DNA from: Octopus sinensis
Taxonomy: Eukaryota
NCBI RefSeq assembly: GCF_006345805.1
Contig: NC_043003.1
Location: 2,976,001 to 3,040,000 of the forward strand
Direction: 5' to 3'
Length of the DNA: 64,000 nucleotides
Shown one piece after another: positions 1 through 12,778 of the stretch (within the stretch, counting starts at the first letter, position 1; each line of letters opens with the position of its first letter). The position numbers were made by a program, and so were the translations under genes. Under the pieces are notes generated by a model that did not search any database, was not told where the DNA came from, and saw only the letters and a list, made by a program, of their open reading frames with translations.

Positions 1-275
1 AGAGTGTAGCTGCTAGAATAAGAATAGGTTGGGCAAAGTTCAGAGAGTTTCTACTTTTGTTGGCAACGAAGGACCTCTCCCTCAGAGGGAAAGGCAGTTT
101 GTATGACACCTGTGTGCAAACGGCCATGCTATACAGCAGTGGAAGATGGGCTGTGACTGCAGAGGACATGTGAAGGCTTGAAAGAAATGAATCTGGTATG
201 CTCCACTGGATGTGCAATGTCAGTGTACGACAGAGTGGAAGCATCTTGAGAGAAAAACTGGGCATAAGAAACAGT
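1..275 (+). mobile_element. RTE-clade LINE fragment (C-terminal to the RT domain), decayed
   Basis: ARIRIGWAKFRE...YDTCV..AML...W.....RLERNE..MLHWMCNVS...LREKLGIR, with a stop. Confidence 0.85.
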
Positions 276-282
276 CACAGCA

Positions 283-540
283 TATCTCCAGAGGTCTCTG
301 TCTTTTGTCATTGCCTCTGTGAGGCCCAACGTTCAAAGGTCATGCTTGACCACTTCATCCCATGTCTTCCTGGGTCTACCTCTACTCCAGGTTCCTTCAA
401 CTGTTAGGGTGTGGCACTTCTTCACACATCTCTCCTCATTCATCTGTAGTACATGACCATACCAGTGCACACATCTCTCCTGCACACCACATCTGATGCT
501 TCTTATGTCCAACATTTCTCTCAGAGTGCTGACACATCAC
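283..540 (-). mobile_element. RTE-clade LINE 3' ORF fragment
   Basis: ORFs 333..515 (WYGHV...CVKKC...EG...RGRPRKTWDEVV) and 129..329. Confidence 0.85.
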
Positions 541-1475
541 AGAAAATAAAGTAAATCTCAAATGCTGAATTGCTGTGAAGCCAACTTAGAAGATCAGGTA
601 AATATCCTGAGATGGTGGCAGAAAGTGGCCAGCAAGCTCCTATAGAGAATTGAGCTCTATACGTCTCAAATTCCAGATGAGTTCAATTCTCTGTAGTGGC
701 TTGCTGCTCACTTTGTACCATCTCCTAAGGGTATTTACCCAGTCTTCTAGGCTATGCCACACTTGCACATAAAAAGCACCCAGCATGCTGTGTAAAGTGG
801 TTGGCGTTAGGAAGGGCATGCAGCCGCAGAAACAGTCGGAGTCAGGGCAGCCAACCCATGCCATCATGGAAAACGAATCATAAACAATAATGATGATGAT
901 GATGATGAAAATACCAACTCACTTGGCACTTTTAAGTTTCTTTACGATAAATACTCAATGCTGTCACAATATTTGAAGAAAAATTTTCTTAAAATAAAAT
1001 AAAGATTATTAATTGGATTTTTAAAGAAATTTTCAAAGATGAGAACCACATGAACCTTTTGCAAGGAAGTTTTTGTTCTGTGTGTGTGTAAGTGCTTTTA
1101 CTGTTAAGTATTTCAGGCACACTATTGCTGTTTTAATTAAGCTATTGTCTCTTTATTATATATTTTAATTTGACTTTGGTTTGGTTTTTAATTATTGTAA
1201 TTTTATACATGTTAAGTTTTTTGGTCATCATCATCATAATCATCATCATTTAACGTCCGTTTTCCATGTTGGTATGGGTTGGACGGTTTGATTGCGGTCT
1301 GGAGAGCCAGGAGGCTGCACCAGGCTCCAGTCTGATCTGGCCGTATTTCTACAGCTGGATGCCCTTCCTAATGCCAACCACTCCTAGAGTGTAGTGGGTG
1401 CTTTTTACATGCCACTGGCACAGGAGCCAGTCATACAAGCCTGGCATCAGTCATGTTCGAATCATCGATCTTATA

Positions 1476-1551
<76 letters not shown>

Positions 1552-1594
1552 TAATTGTATCCTTAGTTATATGTACATATAAACGTATGCACGT

Positions 1595-1990
1595 TTGATG
1601 ATTTTTGGGAATGATATGGGGGTCATTCTCTTTGATTTTCTGGAACATGACAGTACTAAGGAGCCATTTGGGAGAAGAAACCAAACAAGAATCTGAAAAT
1701 GGTCCCCATTCACCTTGACATTGCATATCCTCACACACGCACACACACACCTTTGGTAACAAATCAGGCAATCATTAAATCGTGTCGGTCAGTTGTCCCC
1801 ACCCAGACTGGGCATCCTGCAACTTGCATCCGTTCAGTCCCAAAGAAGGACCATCTTTGAGGACGTTTAATGAGGTGAGTGAGGGTAGAACAGTGCACAG
1901 GTGGATCTTTTCAAAGATGATTTGAGGGAAAGAGAGATTCAATGATGGTGCAAAGGCATTGCTTGTGATGGAGACTACGTTGAGAACTAC
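1595..1990 (+). mobile_element. Decayed mariner transposase fragments
   Basis: MIFGNDMGVILFDFLEH (resembles VFWD..GI...DFL), HPFSPKKDHL*GRF (resembles HLFGPLK..LRG..F) and WCKGIACDGDYVE (mariner C-terminus). Confidence 0.65.
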
Positions 1991-3614
1991 CTTTCTGTGA
2001 AGAGAGAGAGAGAGAGAGAGTTACTCTACAAACGTGCAACTTCCACAATCTTAGTTAATTATCTACCACGAGTGGGTGGCCCAACAGAAATAAAAACTTT
2101 TAAATGGTTTCATAATAGTAATACACTGATATTGGTACATATATATATATGTATAGCCTCGCCTGGCCCCCGTGCTGGTGGCACGTAAAAGCACCCACTA
2201 CACTCTTAGAGTGGTTGACATTAGGAAGGGCATCCAGATGAAGACTGGAGCCTGGTGCAGCCATCTGGTTCGCCAGACCTCGATCAAACCGTCCAACCCA
2301 TGCTAGCATGGAAAGCAGACCTTAAACGATGATGATGATGATATATATATATATATATATAACAAAGTGGAGTTGTGGGGTACCGCACGAGTGGAATTAT
2401 ATACGAAAGAAGGTTTGAAAATGCAATTTAAAAGATGTTTATTTACTTTACCGGTTTCACTCTTTGGAAAAAGATTGTCAAAAGTAACATGTAGAAGTTT
2501 GGTTGCGTTAATTATTGGTTGTTGCAAATTGCTACATTACATATATACAGTCTTTGGTAACAGGGATATGTTAAGGACATAAAAAAGTTCAACAAGTTCC
2601 TTAAAATATTGGGCACAAAAGATTACTACATAAATAATCGTTCTCAAGGACAAGCTTAAGATAGTTTCCAGAATGAATTGGTATTGCTATTGGTATTGTA
2701 TCTGTATATTCAAACATGCACAGAATATTGGTTGACACAGAGTACTACAATCCATATGTAGCAATTTGTAACAACCAATAATTAACGCAACCAAACTTCT
2801 ACATGTTACTTTTGACAATCTTTTTCCAAAGAGTGAAACCGGTAAAGTAAATAAACATCTTTTAAACTGCATTTTCAAACCTTCTTTCATATATATATAT
2901 CTATATATTGTTGTAAATTTTATTGATATTTACGATGTATATATATAAATGGTCATCATCATTGCTGTTCTTATGTGCGTTTCTCTACACTGGAATAGAC
3001 TGGGTGGGACTCTTTGTGGCAGTGATTTTAACCATTCTCAGTTTGTGTTGTTACACTTATATTTTCTCCACTAATAAAACATGTAGCAACCACATAATAC
3101 ACACACACATGCAATTCGCACCACTCAGATTCGAATAATTTTAAATGGAACTTTTTCATACTTCACTCTCCAGATATTCCCAATAAAGATGGAACTGGTC
3201 AGGCATTGTGAAGAGTTGAACTTTCAATGAGGAAGAAACCTTCTTCACTACAGTTTCCTCTCTTGCACACTGCATCTTATTTCCCTTACATCCAGTTTGT
3301 CTCTCAGTTCAATTCATCATCATCATCATTGTTTAACATCCGTTTTACATGCTGGCATGGGTTGGACAGTTTGACTGAAAACTGGAGAGCCAGGGGGCTG
3401 CACCAGGCTTCAATCTGATCTGGAAAGGTTTCTACAACTGGATGCCCTTCCTAATGCCAAGTGCTCCGTGAGTGTAGTGGGTGCTTTTACGTGCCACCGG
3501 CACGAGGGCCAGTCAGATAGTACTGGCATCAACCATGCTTGAATGGTGCTTTTTACGTGCCACTGGCATGGCAGCCAGTCAGGCAGCACTGGCAACAATT
3601 ATATTTCGTAACTC

Positions 3615-4085
3615 TTACACACTAATATGGCGCATCTGTTGAAGCATGCTTTCCGCATTTCTCTCAAGCTGCCCTCAAGACACACATCTCACTGCCACAT
3701 AGCAGAACACTTCACATATAAGCATCATACAATCTGCCCTTGATTTTCAGGGATAATCCCTTGTTGCCAGTGGAGATGATTATGCTCAGAACTTTCTCTG
3801 ACCCTTTCTTATTCTAGCTGCCACAGTTTCAGAATTTCTACCGTCTCCCCTACACTGCTAATTTGGACTCCTGAGTAACAAAAACTGTTAACTATTTCTA
3901 GGGCCCCATCTGAGCATTTGAGGGAATCTATTTCTTGAGCACTCATAGTGTTCACTGCCCCAGCGCACCCATTCTGCATATGTAATCTACCTTTTTCTGT
4001 TAACGAGCTTTTGATCCCACTGCATCTTTTGTGTGTCAATTGATTACTGTTGATACACTTTATGGAATTTCTACCAATTCCTTTT
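3615..4085 (-). mobile_element. RTE-clade LINE fragment
   Basis: ORF 3809..4102 (KGIGRNSIKC...WTHKRCSGI-like, LEIVNSFCY); homologous to 42100-42400. Confidence 0.8.
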
Positions 4086-4100
4086 ATGCAGATGGAATTC

Positions 4101-4318
4101 AAGGAGGTGCTGAAAAGTTCCTGGTTTTAAGAGTATTGCAAAAGGCCTGGTTGGAACCTAAACCTTCAAAGTTCTTTTATAGGGCTTAGAAAAACTGAAG
4201 GACTGCTGCAATAAGTGTGTGAATCTGAGAGGAGGGGAATATGTTGAATAAAATCATAATTAACTGATCCTCCTGTATTTTCTTTTACCCAAAGCCAGGG
4301 ACTTTTCAACTCCCTCTC
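4101..4318 (+). mobile_element. Mariner-derived MITE
   Basis: Imperfect TIRs gaggtgctgaaaagttcctgg / ccagggacttttcaactccctc; internal CNKCVNLR(G)GEYVE* transposase tail. Confidence 0.75.
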
Positions 4319-5257
4319 ATGCGGCCATTTCCCTAATGCTATCAGAGATTTATCTTTCTTCCTAAATACTAAAATTTTTTCAGTAAGTTTACCTTAAGGC
4401 CCTTAAATTCTAGGTTTTACTTCCATGTCAAGAATTTCAGCTTCAGTTTTTCTATTGATTCTGCTATAAGAGCCAAGTTGTTAGCATACAAGAATTCTTA
4501 AATTCTTGTTATGGCTTGATTGGCTGTAATAAATAGGAGTGGTCAGTTGAATCATTGAGTAATGTTGACCTGTTCTTTCCTGTGGATAAGTGCTGGACAT
4601 TTTATACACTCTAGTTTTTCATTGTTGACATTTTCTTCACTTTAATTCAGATATAATTTATATAAACGATGTTTTAGTAATTAAATATCTTTATCCCAGT
4701 TTTTCTTAATGATCAGTCATGCACCATCATCATTGTCATCATCATCATCATCAACAATCACAACTGTTACATGGCAAGGTGAGAGTGAGCACACACACAT
4801 ACACATAGATGCAAGCACACACACAAATACACACACGTGTATGTGTGTGTGTTGAATAAAACAATAGAAAGCCATCTGATACATTTTTTGTAAAAGACCA
4901 ACTTATTGTAAACAAATTCTTATCCAGTCACAAATGATATTTTGTGTTAGAATTCAGGTGAAATCCCAAACATCTCAACACTTGAATGGGAATCCCACCA
5001 ATATTTAATTCTGTAGCAGACAGGTCAGAACCTTAAGATCTAGAAAGAAAGAATTGGTAGAAAAATTTAGGAATCTTGATGGAAATAATTTGGGAATAAC
5101 TTGTCAACTTGATACATGTAGATATATTAAACATACATTCGTTGTATACAGTCTGTTTATATTTCTGTGTATATTATGATGTGTAGATATATAAAACATA
5201 TACATTGTATATATAACAGTGTGTCTGTATGTCTTTGTATATTGAGATGTGTGTGTA

Positions 5258-5420
5258 GGTGCAGGAGTGGCTGTGTGGTAAGTAGCTTGCTTACCAAACA
5301 CATAGTTCTGGGTTCAGTCCCACTGTGTGGAACCTTGGGCAAGTGTCTTCTGTTATAGTCTCAGGCCAACCAAAGCCTTGTGAGTGGATTTGGTAGATGG
5401 AAACTGAAAGAAGCCTGTCA
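5258..5420 (+). mobile_element. tRNA-derived SINE family A (5' half). Other copies at about 9285-9668, 28083-28224(-), 30654-30780, 44503-44872, 45593-45912, 53850-54240(-), 56650-56800(-), 57977-58376(-)
   Basis: Head ggcgcaggagtggctgtgtggtaag...ggttcagtcccactg with A/B-box-like motifs; internal (TA)/(TG) tract; tail ...gactgaaacaagtaaaagag. Probably one of the described octopus SINEs (OK/OR families); exact name not assigned. Confidence 0.85.
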
Positions 5421-5682
5421 TATATATATATATATAATTAATATAGGATAAAATTTTTTTCGGGAAAAAATTATCAATGGCCAGCATATCAAAAAATGCC
5501 TTTAAAGGTAAAATTTATACATAATTTACAAGATAAGGGCAGAATAAAAATTCTAATGCCAAATATGCCGAAACAAAAAATTGTTGATAACCATTATAAT
5601 TTATGCGTCTCGAAACAAACTGATAGAAATCTCTAAAAAATTTGTTATTACTGTATTGGATTTTTCTTCTGCCCTTATCTTG

Positions 5683-5722
<40 letters not shown>

Positions 5723-5760
5723 TTGTAGAGAATTAATGCTTTTGTTTTATTTGATTGCAG

Positions 5761-5864
5761 GAATCCAGAAAGGTAACAAGGTGTCTTTGTATATGCCGAT
5801 GATTCTCGAACTGGTCATTGCAATGTTGGCTTGCGCTCGGCTCGGAGTTGTTCATTCAATTGTG
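5761..5864 (+). CDS. ACSS2: ACSS exon (phase 1 to 0): [35 protein letters not shown]
   Basis: ttgattgcag|GAATCC...ATTGTG|gtgaga; inside ORF 5718..5984; matches the G.KGD.V.IYMPM..E...AMLACARIG..HSIV segment of Acs enzymes. Confidence 0.95.
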
Positions 5865-7688
5865 GTGAGAAATTTTACCATTCTCCATTCTAATCTTCCT
5901 CTTCCCTTTCATATATGCAAATTTATTAAGATGGCTATTCACAGTTTACAACCGAAAGGCAACAAGTACAGTCGAGGGTGCTAGGGAGCACCAGCATTGC
6001 TAGAAATAAGTGTCAGACAACTCTTAGCCATGTGAGAGCATGTGCTCTCATGTGTCTAAGATTTGTCTTGACCCTTATTTCTAGCAATGCTGGTACTCCC
6101 TAGCACCCTCCGTCACTTTAGTGATGGCTATATACATACATATATATCTCTATATCTTTTATCCTTTACGTGTTTTAATCATTGTGCTGCAGCCATGCTG
6201 GGGCACCACCATGAAGGGTTTAGTCAAACAAATGGACTTCTGTGAAGTCTGGTATTTATTCTATTGGTCTTGTTTTGCTAAACCACTAAGTTTTGAGGAT
6301 ATAAACAAACCAACACTGGTTGTGAAGTGTTGGTAGTGTTGTGCATGCATAGTATGTAGACAGGGCTATAACCCAAGCTGTGCCCTCATGATTCACGTCT
6401 GCTTTTTCCAGTATTCCAAAGTTGTATGAAGATGTTATATCTGTGTGAGGTATGCATAAGAGTTGAAAAATGCTGGGAATAGTTTTGATAGAGAAATCAC
6501 ATATTAAAATAGGAAATGGTAAAAAAAATTTTCTCCATGTATATAAATCCTTAAATCCTTAAAAATGTTTTAGCCCGAATGCCGCGGCCATGCTGGGGCA
6601 CCACCGCTGTAGTATATATATATATATATATATAGTATATATATACAAGAATCTGTCTATATATGTATGTCATTATTTAGCCTCTGTGTATGTGTGCATC
6701 TGTATTATTAATATGTGTCAGCGTCTATCAATCTTGCTTTTTCTCTGATGTAAATATGTAAACATATGTGTATGTTTATATATTCTTAATTTGTAGGATA
6801 TCATCATCATTTAATGCCCGTTGTCCATGCTGGTGTGGGTTGGATGGTTTGACTAAGGATGGCAAGCTGAGAAGCTGCACCAGGCTCCAGTCTGATCTGG
6901 CGGTGTTTCAACAACTGGATGCCCTTCCTAACACCAACCACCCTGAGAGTGTAATGGATACTCTTATGTGCCAGTTGCGTGACCCCAGTATCTGCCACAA
7001 CTACAATTCCACTTGCCTTGATGGGTCTATTAGTCAAGCGTGACATATTGCCAAACGTCTCGGTCATTTGTCATTGCTTCTGTCAGACCCAACACTCGAA
7101 AGATTCTGTTTATGTGCCACTGGCACGGGGGGCTAGTTATGAGACACCAGCATTGGCCACATTGCTTCCGTGAGGCCCAGTGCTCGAAAGGTGCTTTTTA
7201 TGTGCCACCAGCACAGAAAACAAATCCTTTATATCCAACATAACATGGATGTGCTTCTAGAACACTAAACACTGTGTTATTAGCCTCGAGAGATCCTCCC
7301 ATACAGGTGCTCCCTGCATAAAAGCACACACATAGATTTTAGCAGGTGAGAATTGTCTCTCATGAGCATGAGAGAATTCTTGTATCATGTAATTTAAGTC
7401 TACTGGATCTAATCACCATGAAGCACCAGTCACCACATGTCAGTCAGATTTCAATGCCACCATATAAAGAATACCAGCATCTTTTCAGACACTCATGTAG
7501 CAAATAGCCAACAGGCTTGTTAAAAATTAATTGTTAGTGATGGAAATAGTATTAATGCCAAAAGGTAATCTTAATCTCCGACTAAACATAGATGTGTCGT
7601 TAGAACACTGAATACTGCATTATTAGCCTTGAGAGATCCTCTCTTATCGGTGCTTGGTGCATAACAGCACAGTGTTCTAACAAGGTAT

Positions 7689-7753
<65 letters not shown>

Positions 7754-8204
7754 TACCAGTCATGTGCCATCAGTAATTACTCAGGCTAGGCAGTTGGTGA
7801 TGTTTATGTAGCAAAACACACAAAAAAAAAGCAAAACACAGGCGCATGACTGAGTTGGATGCAGATTTGCTTCTGCCTTTAGAGTGCGTAAAGAAAATGT
7901 TATTGTAGGAGGTACGCAGCATGTGTACCACAGCAGTTCTATGCATAGCTTAGATACTGAGATTGAAACGCAGGTGTAAATTATGCCTACCTGATCTACA
8001 AAAAAATAGAATATTTTGTATTTTATGCAGAGTAATCAGAGCAACCTTCATAATTTTATTGAATTAGGTGCATATTTAGCCACAAAAGGAAAATGTTGCT
8101 ATCGATCTATTTTATTCATGTTAGGCACTGTCTACATTACCTACCTAGGCAGCATGTCCCTGATATATATATATATTTTTTTAAGAAAATAGAGAGATAA
8201 TTAA

Positions 8205-8625
8205 ATTAATAATTATGATCGAAATGATCGAAATAATGATCGAAATCGATCAATGGAAATTGCAGATGTGTTACCAGTGCCGGTGGCATGTAAGAGAACT
8301 TTCCGTTTCGCGACCGTTGCCAGCACCGCCCCGTTTCGTGTCCGTTGCCAGCCTCGCCTGGCCCTCGTGCCGGTGGCACATAAAAAGCACCATCCGTTCG
8401 TGGCCGTTTGCCAGCTCTGTCTGGCACCAGTGCGGGTGGCACGTAAAAAGCACCCACTACACTCACGGAGTGGTTGGCGTTAGGAAGGGCATCCAGCCGT
8501 AGAAACACTGCCAGATTTGACTGGGCCTGATGAAGCCTTCTGGCTTCACAGACCCCAGTAGAACCGTCCAACCCATGCTAGCATGGAAAACGGACGCTAA
8601 ATGATGATGATGATGATGATGATTT
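8205..8625 (+). mobile_element. Young RTE LINE 3' UTR fragment ending in (GAT)n; one of about 30 such tails in both orientations across the window
   Basis: Near-identical in reverse complement to 55680-56045, which is contiguous with the RTE ORF end (ORFs 8253..8483 and 55803..56033 are nearly the same). Confidence 0.9.
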
Positions 8626-8720
8626 ATTAATTATAAAATAGGACATCATCTCTATAATTAATATATAATATTGGGACGTCATCGTATAATTAATTTATAA
8701 TTAATAAATGACTGGTATGC

Positions 8721-8753
<33 letters not shown>

Positions 8754-8755
<2 letters not shown>

Positions 8756-9066
8756 GAGGCGCAATGGCCCTGTGGTTAGGGCCGCAGACTCGCGGTTGTA
8801 GGATCGCGGTTTCGATTCCCAGACCGAGCGTTGTGAGTGTTTATTGAGCAAAAACACCTAAAGCTCCACGAGGCTCCAGCAGGGGGATGGTGACGACCCC
8901 TGCTGTACTCTTTCGCCACAACTTTCTCTCACTCTTTCTTCTATTGGCCTGCTCGCTTAGCCAGTGGGGTGGCGTCTTTTAAAAGCTAAAACAATGCGAA
9001 GCGCATTGTGACCAGCGATGTGTAGCAACATCTGATAGCCTGGTCGGTCATGGTGGTCACGGTGAT
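8754..9066 (+). mobile_element. tRNA-derived SINE, a further family (a 3' fragment on the - strand at about 31667-31760)
   Basis: Head gaggcgcaatggccctgtggttaggg...ggtttcgattcc; tail gcattgtgaccagcgatgtgtagcaacatctgatag is shared with the 31.7 kb copy. Confidence 0.75.
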
Positions 9067-11258
9067 ATATATATATATATGTATATATATGGATACCTTG
9101 TTAAGTGTCTATTTTCTTATTTTCTTAAAAATATATATAAACCCTGGTTTATCCAATTACCTTACAGTTGAATATTAATTATAATATTCAATACTTATTG
9201 TAATCGGTAATAAAGCAGTAAATTCATTGGAATTTATTATCCCTTAATGAGGTTTGTAACCTTTATTTGAACTGTTATACATAGGTGCAGGCATGGCTGT
9301 GTGGTAAAAAGCTTGCTTCCCAACCACATGGTTCCAGGTTCAGTCCCACTGCGTGACACCTTGGACAAGTGTTTTCAGCTATAGCCTCAGGCCGACCAAA
9401 GTCTTGTGAGGAAATTGAAAGAAGCCCGTCGTGTGTGTGTATTTATATATGTATATGTGTATGTTTGCATGTCTGTGTTTGTCCCCTCACCGTTGCTTGA
9501 CAACCGATGTTGGTGTGTTTACATCCCCATAACTTAGTGGTTCAGCAAAGGAGACCGATGGAATAAGTACTAGGCTTACAAAGAATAAGCCCTGTAGTTG
9601 ATTTGTTCAGCTAAAAGGAGATGCTCCAGCATGGCCGCAGTCAAATGACTGAAACAAGTAAAAGAATAACAGAATATATGTATAAAAAAAACAGCTGACA
9701 GTGTGGAGGGGTTACTTTCGCCCCAGCAGGCAACTCCTCTGCTGCTTGTTATCATCATTGTCTTCATCCTCATTTAACATCCATGGTCCAAGCTGGCATC
9801 GGCTGGATGTTTTGACAGGATCTGATGTGTCCAAGCTCTGCATTGTACTCCGGTGGCTTTTGTGGCATGATTTTCTAATGCCAACCACTTTACACCAAAC
9901 AGGTGTGCATAACGATGCAGGAAAACAGTGAAAAGGTAAAGATTTATTAGTAACAATACGTGATCGTTGCCGGAGCAACAAGCTGGCCTTCGTACCAGTG
10001 GCATGTAAAAAACACCATTCGAGCGTGATTGTTACCTGTGTTGCCTTACTGGCACTTGTGCTGGTGGCACGTGAAAAAACATTCAAGCGAGGCCGTTGCC
10101 AGTGCCGCTGGACTGGCTCCTGTGCAGGTGGCACATAAAAAGCTCCATCTGAACGTGGTCAATGCCAGTACCCACTGACTGGATCCTGTGCCGGTGGCAT
10201 GTAAAAAGCTCCATCTGAACGTGGTCAATGCCAGTACCCACTGACTGGATCCTGTGCCGGTGGCATGTAAAAAGCTCCATCTGAACGTGGTCATTGCCAG
10301 TGCTGCTGGACTGGCTCCTGTGCAGGTGGAACATAAAAAGCACCATTTGAGCGTGGCTATTGCCAGTACTGCCTCACTGGCCCTCGTGCCAGTGGCATGT
10401 AAAACCACCCACTACACTCTCGGAGTGGTTGGTGTTAGGAAGGGCATCCAGCTGTAGAAACTCTGCCAGATCAAGATTGGAGCCTGGTGCAGCCATCTGG
10501 TTTGCCAGTCCTCGGTCAAATCGTCCAACCCATGCCAGCATGGAAAGCGGACGTTAAACAATGATGATGAATACATGTAAATCAGTTGAAGCTGTAAGCA
10601 TGGCATTACTGAGCCTTTTTAATCAGGGAGAAGTTATACAAGAGAAATGTAGCAGTGGTACATACAATATATAAGTAGATATCAGTCCCACTGCGCAGCA
10701 CCTTGGGCAATTGGCTTTTGCTGTAGCCTTGGGCCGACCGAAGCTTTGTAATTGAATTTGGTTGGCAGCAGTTACTGCCATGTGTGACCATGTGTGTGTA
10801 AGTGCTTGTGCCTCCTAACATCAACAGGAAACAGGAAAGGTAATACAGGGGTGATATGAAAGCATAGAGGTAAGAAATAAAATCACCTGAGTGAAAGTGA
10901 GGGAGAGTGTAGGGGGAGGGTAGAGAGAGAGAGAGAAGAAAGGAGAGGAGGAAATTAGAATTGACAAAGGAACATTTAGATGATAATAAGCAGACTAAAT
11001 CGGAGATGTGGTAGTATGTGAAGCTAGAAGATTATAGAGAGGAGATGAAAGGTCATAGTAGAGCAGTTATGAAGAAAACAATTAGGGAAGGAGTCAATTG
11101 TATGTCCCTTGACATGCAAATGTCAGCTCTAGTTTTTAGCAGCCTGAATACTTTGGAAGCATCCAAGCATAGAGATCACTAAGTCATGAGAAGAATTTTA
11201 AAATACTAAGCAAAATGAATACAAAATAAGGAGACAATAAAGGGAAGATAGGGTTTAA

Positions 11259-11479
11259 CCCTTTAGTGTTCAGATTAATCTGTTAAGTGTAATACTTTTT
11301 TCACTCAAATCATTTAAAATTAATCATACATTATCTTACAACTTTGAAATTTCAATGGTGTGATAGTTTATTCTTAGAATATCAATGTAGGTTAGGTGTG
11401 AGGGGCTAGATATAGCCAGTTTGAATGTAAAACATGTAGGATATTTGGGCCGGATATGGCCGGCTTAAACACCAAAGGG
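11259..11479. mobile_element. piggyBac-type MITE (also 28570-28745, older copy ~43972-44188, partial copies ~49440-49570 and ~54405-54550)
   Basis: TTAA|CCCTTTAGTGTT...AACACCAAAGGG|TTAA; TTAA target duplication and CCC/GGG termini. Confidence 0.85.
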
Positions 11480-11929
11480 TTAAAGGAGGGACTGTAGATG
11501 TATATCCTTGCATCAGGGATATATATATATATATGTATAGTCCCTCCTTATATATATATCAGGGACCTTGGCATTTATTTAGAATAAAAGATATGTTGTA
11601 GATCAACCTATGCTTGGAGGATTTCATTTATGTCTAAAAAGGGACTCCAAAATGGCTAAGACATCGAGGTTAGATTGAAGTACAGGGAAATAGTTGTCTA
11701 AAGTGATCTTGGAATATTAATGACTATCTTTTTCATTTTTAAAAATTATTAATTATGTTTGTGTGTCATCGGGACAAATGACTTCGATGCCTTGTATAAC
11801 TGTTTGTCAATCTTTTGTTTTAGTGTGTGTGTGTAGTGGACAAATGAAAGAAAGAGGTACTCAGCAGATTTGGATGCAGTTATATTATTATTTAATAACA
11901 GTTCGATTTGGGTCCATGCAACTTTAAGT

Positions 11930-12335
11930 TTTAAAGGTTCATCACTTGTACCTAGCTTGTCAGGCTTAGGTGACTGAAGCCTGGTGAGGGAGCTTTGTAT
12001 CATGATCCTCCTCCGAAACTGTAAACTTGCCAACAAACAAAAAAAAACAAAGAAATCTTGCATGAATAATACCGAAGACAACTGGAAAGGCAAACTCCTG
12101 CATGGGAAACATCCTAACAGCCTGTCCAAGCCAGGTATTGATCAGTATCTAACACACCAATGGCTACAAGGGACAGGTCTGAAAGGGGAAACAGAAGGTT
12201 TTGTTATAACAGTGCAAGATCAGAGTTTAGCCACCAGAAACTACCATGCAGACGTCCTTAAAGACGGATCTGACCTCTCGTGCAGAATTTGCGGAAAATT
12301 CGCAGAGACACTTGATCATTTTTTATGTTTTCCAT
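11930..12335 (+). mobile_element. R4/Dong-like non-LTR retrotransposon fragment (C-terminal, pre-endonuclease zinc knuckle region)
   Basis: ORF 11984..12367: LHGKH...ID...THQWL...GLKGETEGFVITVQDQSLATRNY...CRICGKFAETLDH. Confidence 0.8.
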
Positions 12336-12644
12336 GTATTTTTCACAGGTCCAGCTGGTACGCATAAATATATATAAAAAGTGTTTTCGTATGTGTGTGT
12401 GCGTGTGTGTACACACACATATATGTAGGTATGTAAAATGTGAAGAACGTAAGAAATGGAAAAGGTAAATAAAGACTACATATGTTTCATAGCTAAACTA
12501 TTTGTTATACAACTTGTAGCACAAAACCTGTTTAGCTAATCATCAAGGTTGATTACCTTCAAGTTGCTTACATTGTCACATAGACATGCATATATACGTA
12601 GCAACCACTCGACCTTGCTCACAGTATACATATATGTATGTATG

Positions 12645-12675
<31 letters not shown>

Positions 12676-12705
12676 ATGTAAGATTCAATTGAATAAGGTA
12701 CTTAA

Positions 12706-12778
12706 CCCATGAAGTCCCACTGTCCTATAAATAGGACACTAAATGAGAACCTTAAAAAGTCCTCGGCGACTTAATGGG
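12706..12778. mobile_element. 73-bp piggyBac-type micro-MITE
   Basis: TTAA|CCCAT...ATGGG|TTAA; internal hairpin gtcctataaataggac. Confidence 0.6.

Noticed and set aside
1027-1087. Exon-like segment as the missing upstream ACSS exon
   Set aside because: The only open frame (IFKDENHMNLLQGSFCSVC) has no Acs similarity and gives an incompatible phase.
8754-8830. tRNA genes (this and other tRNA-like heads)
   Set aside because: They continue into SINE bodies and do not close a cloverleaf; they are SINE heads.
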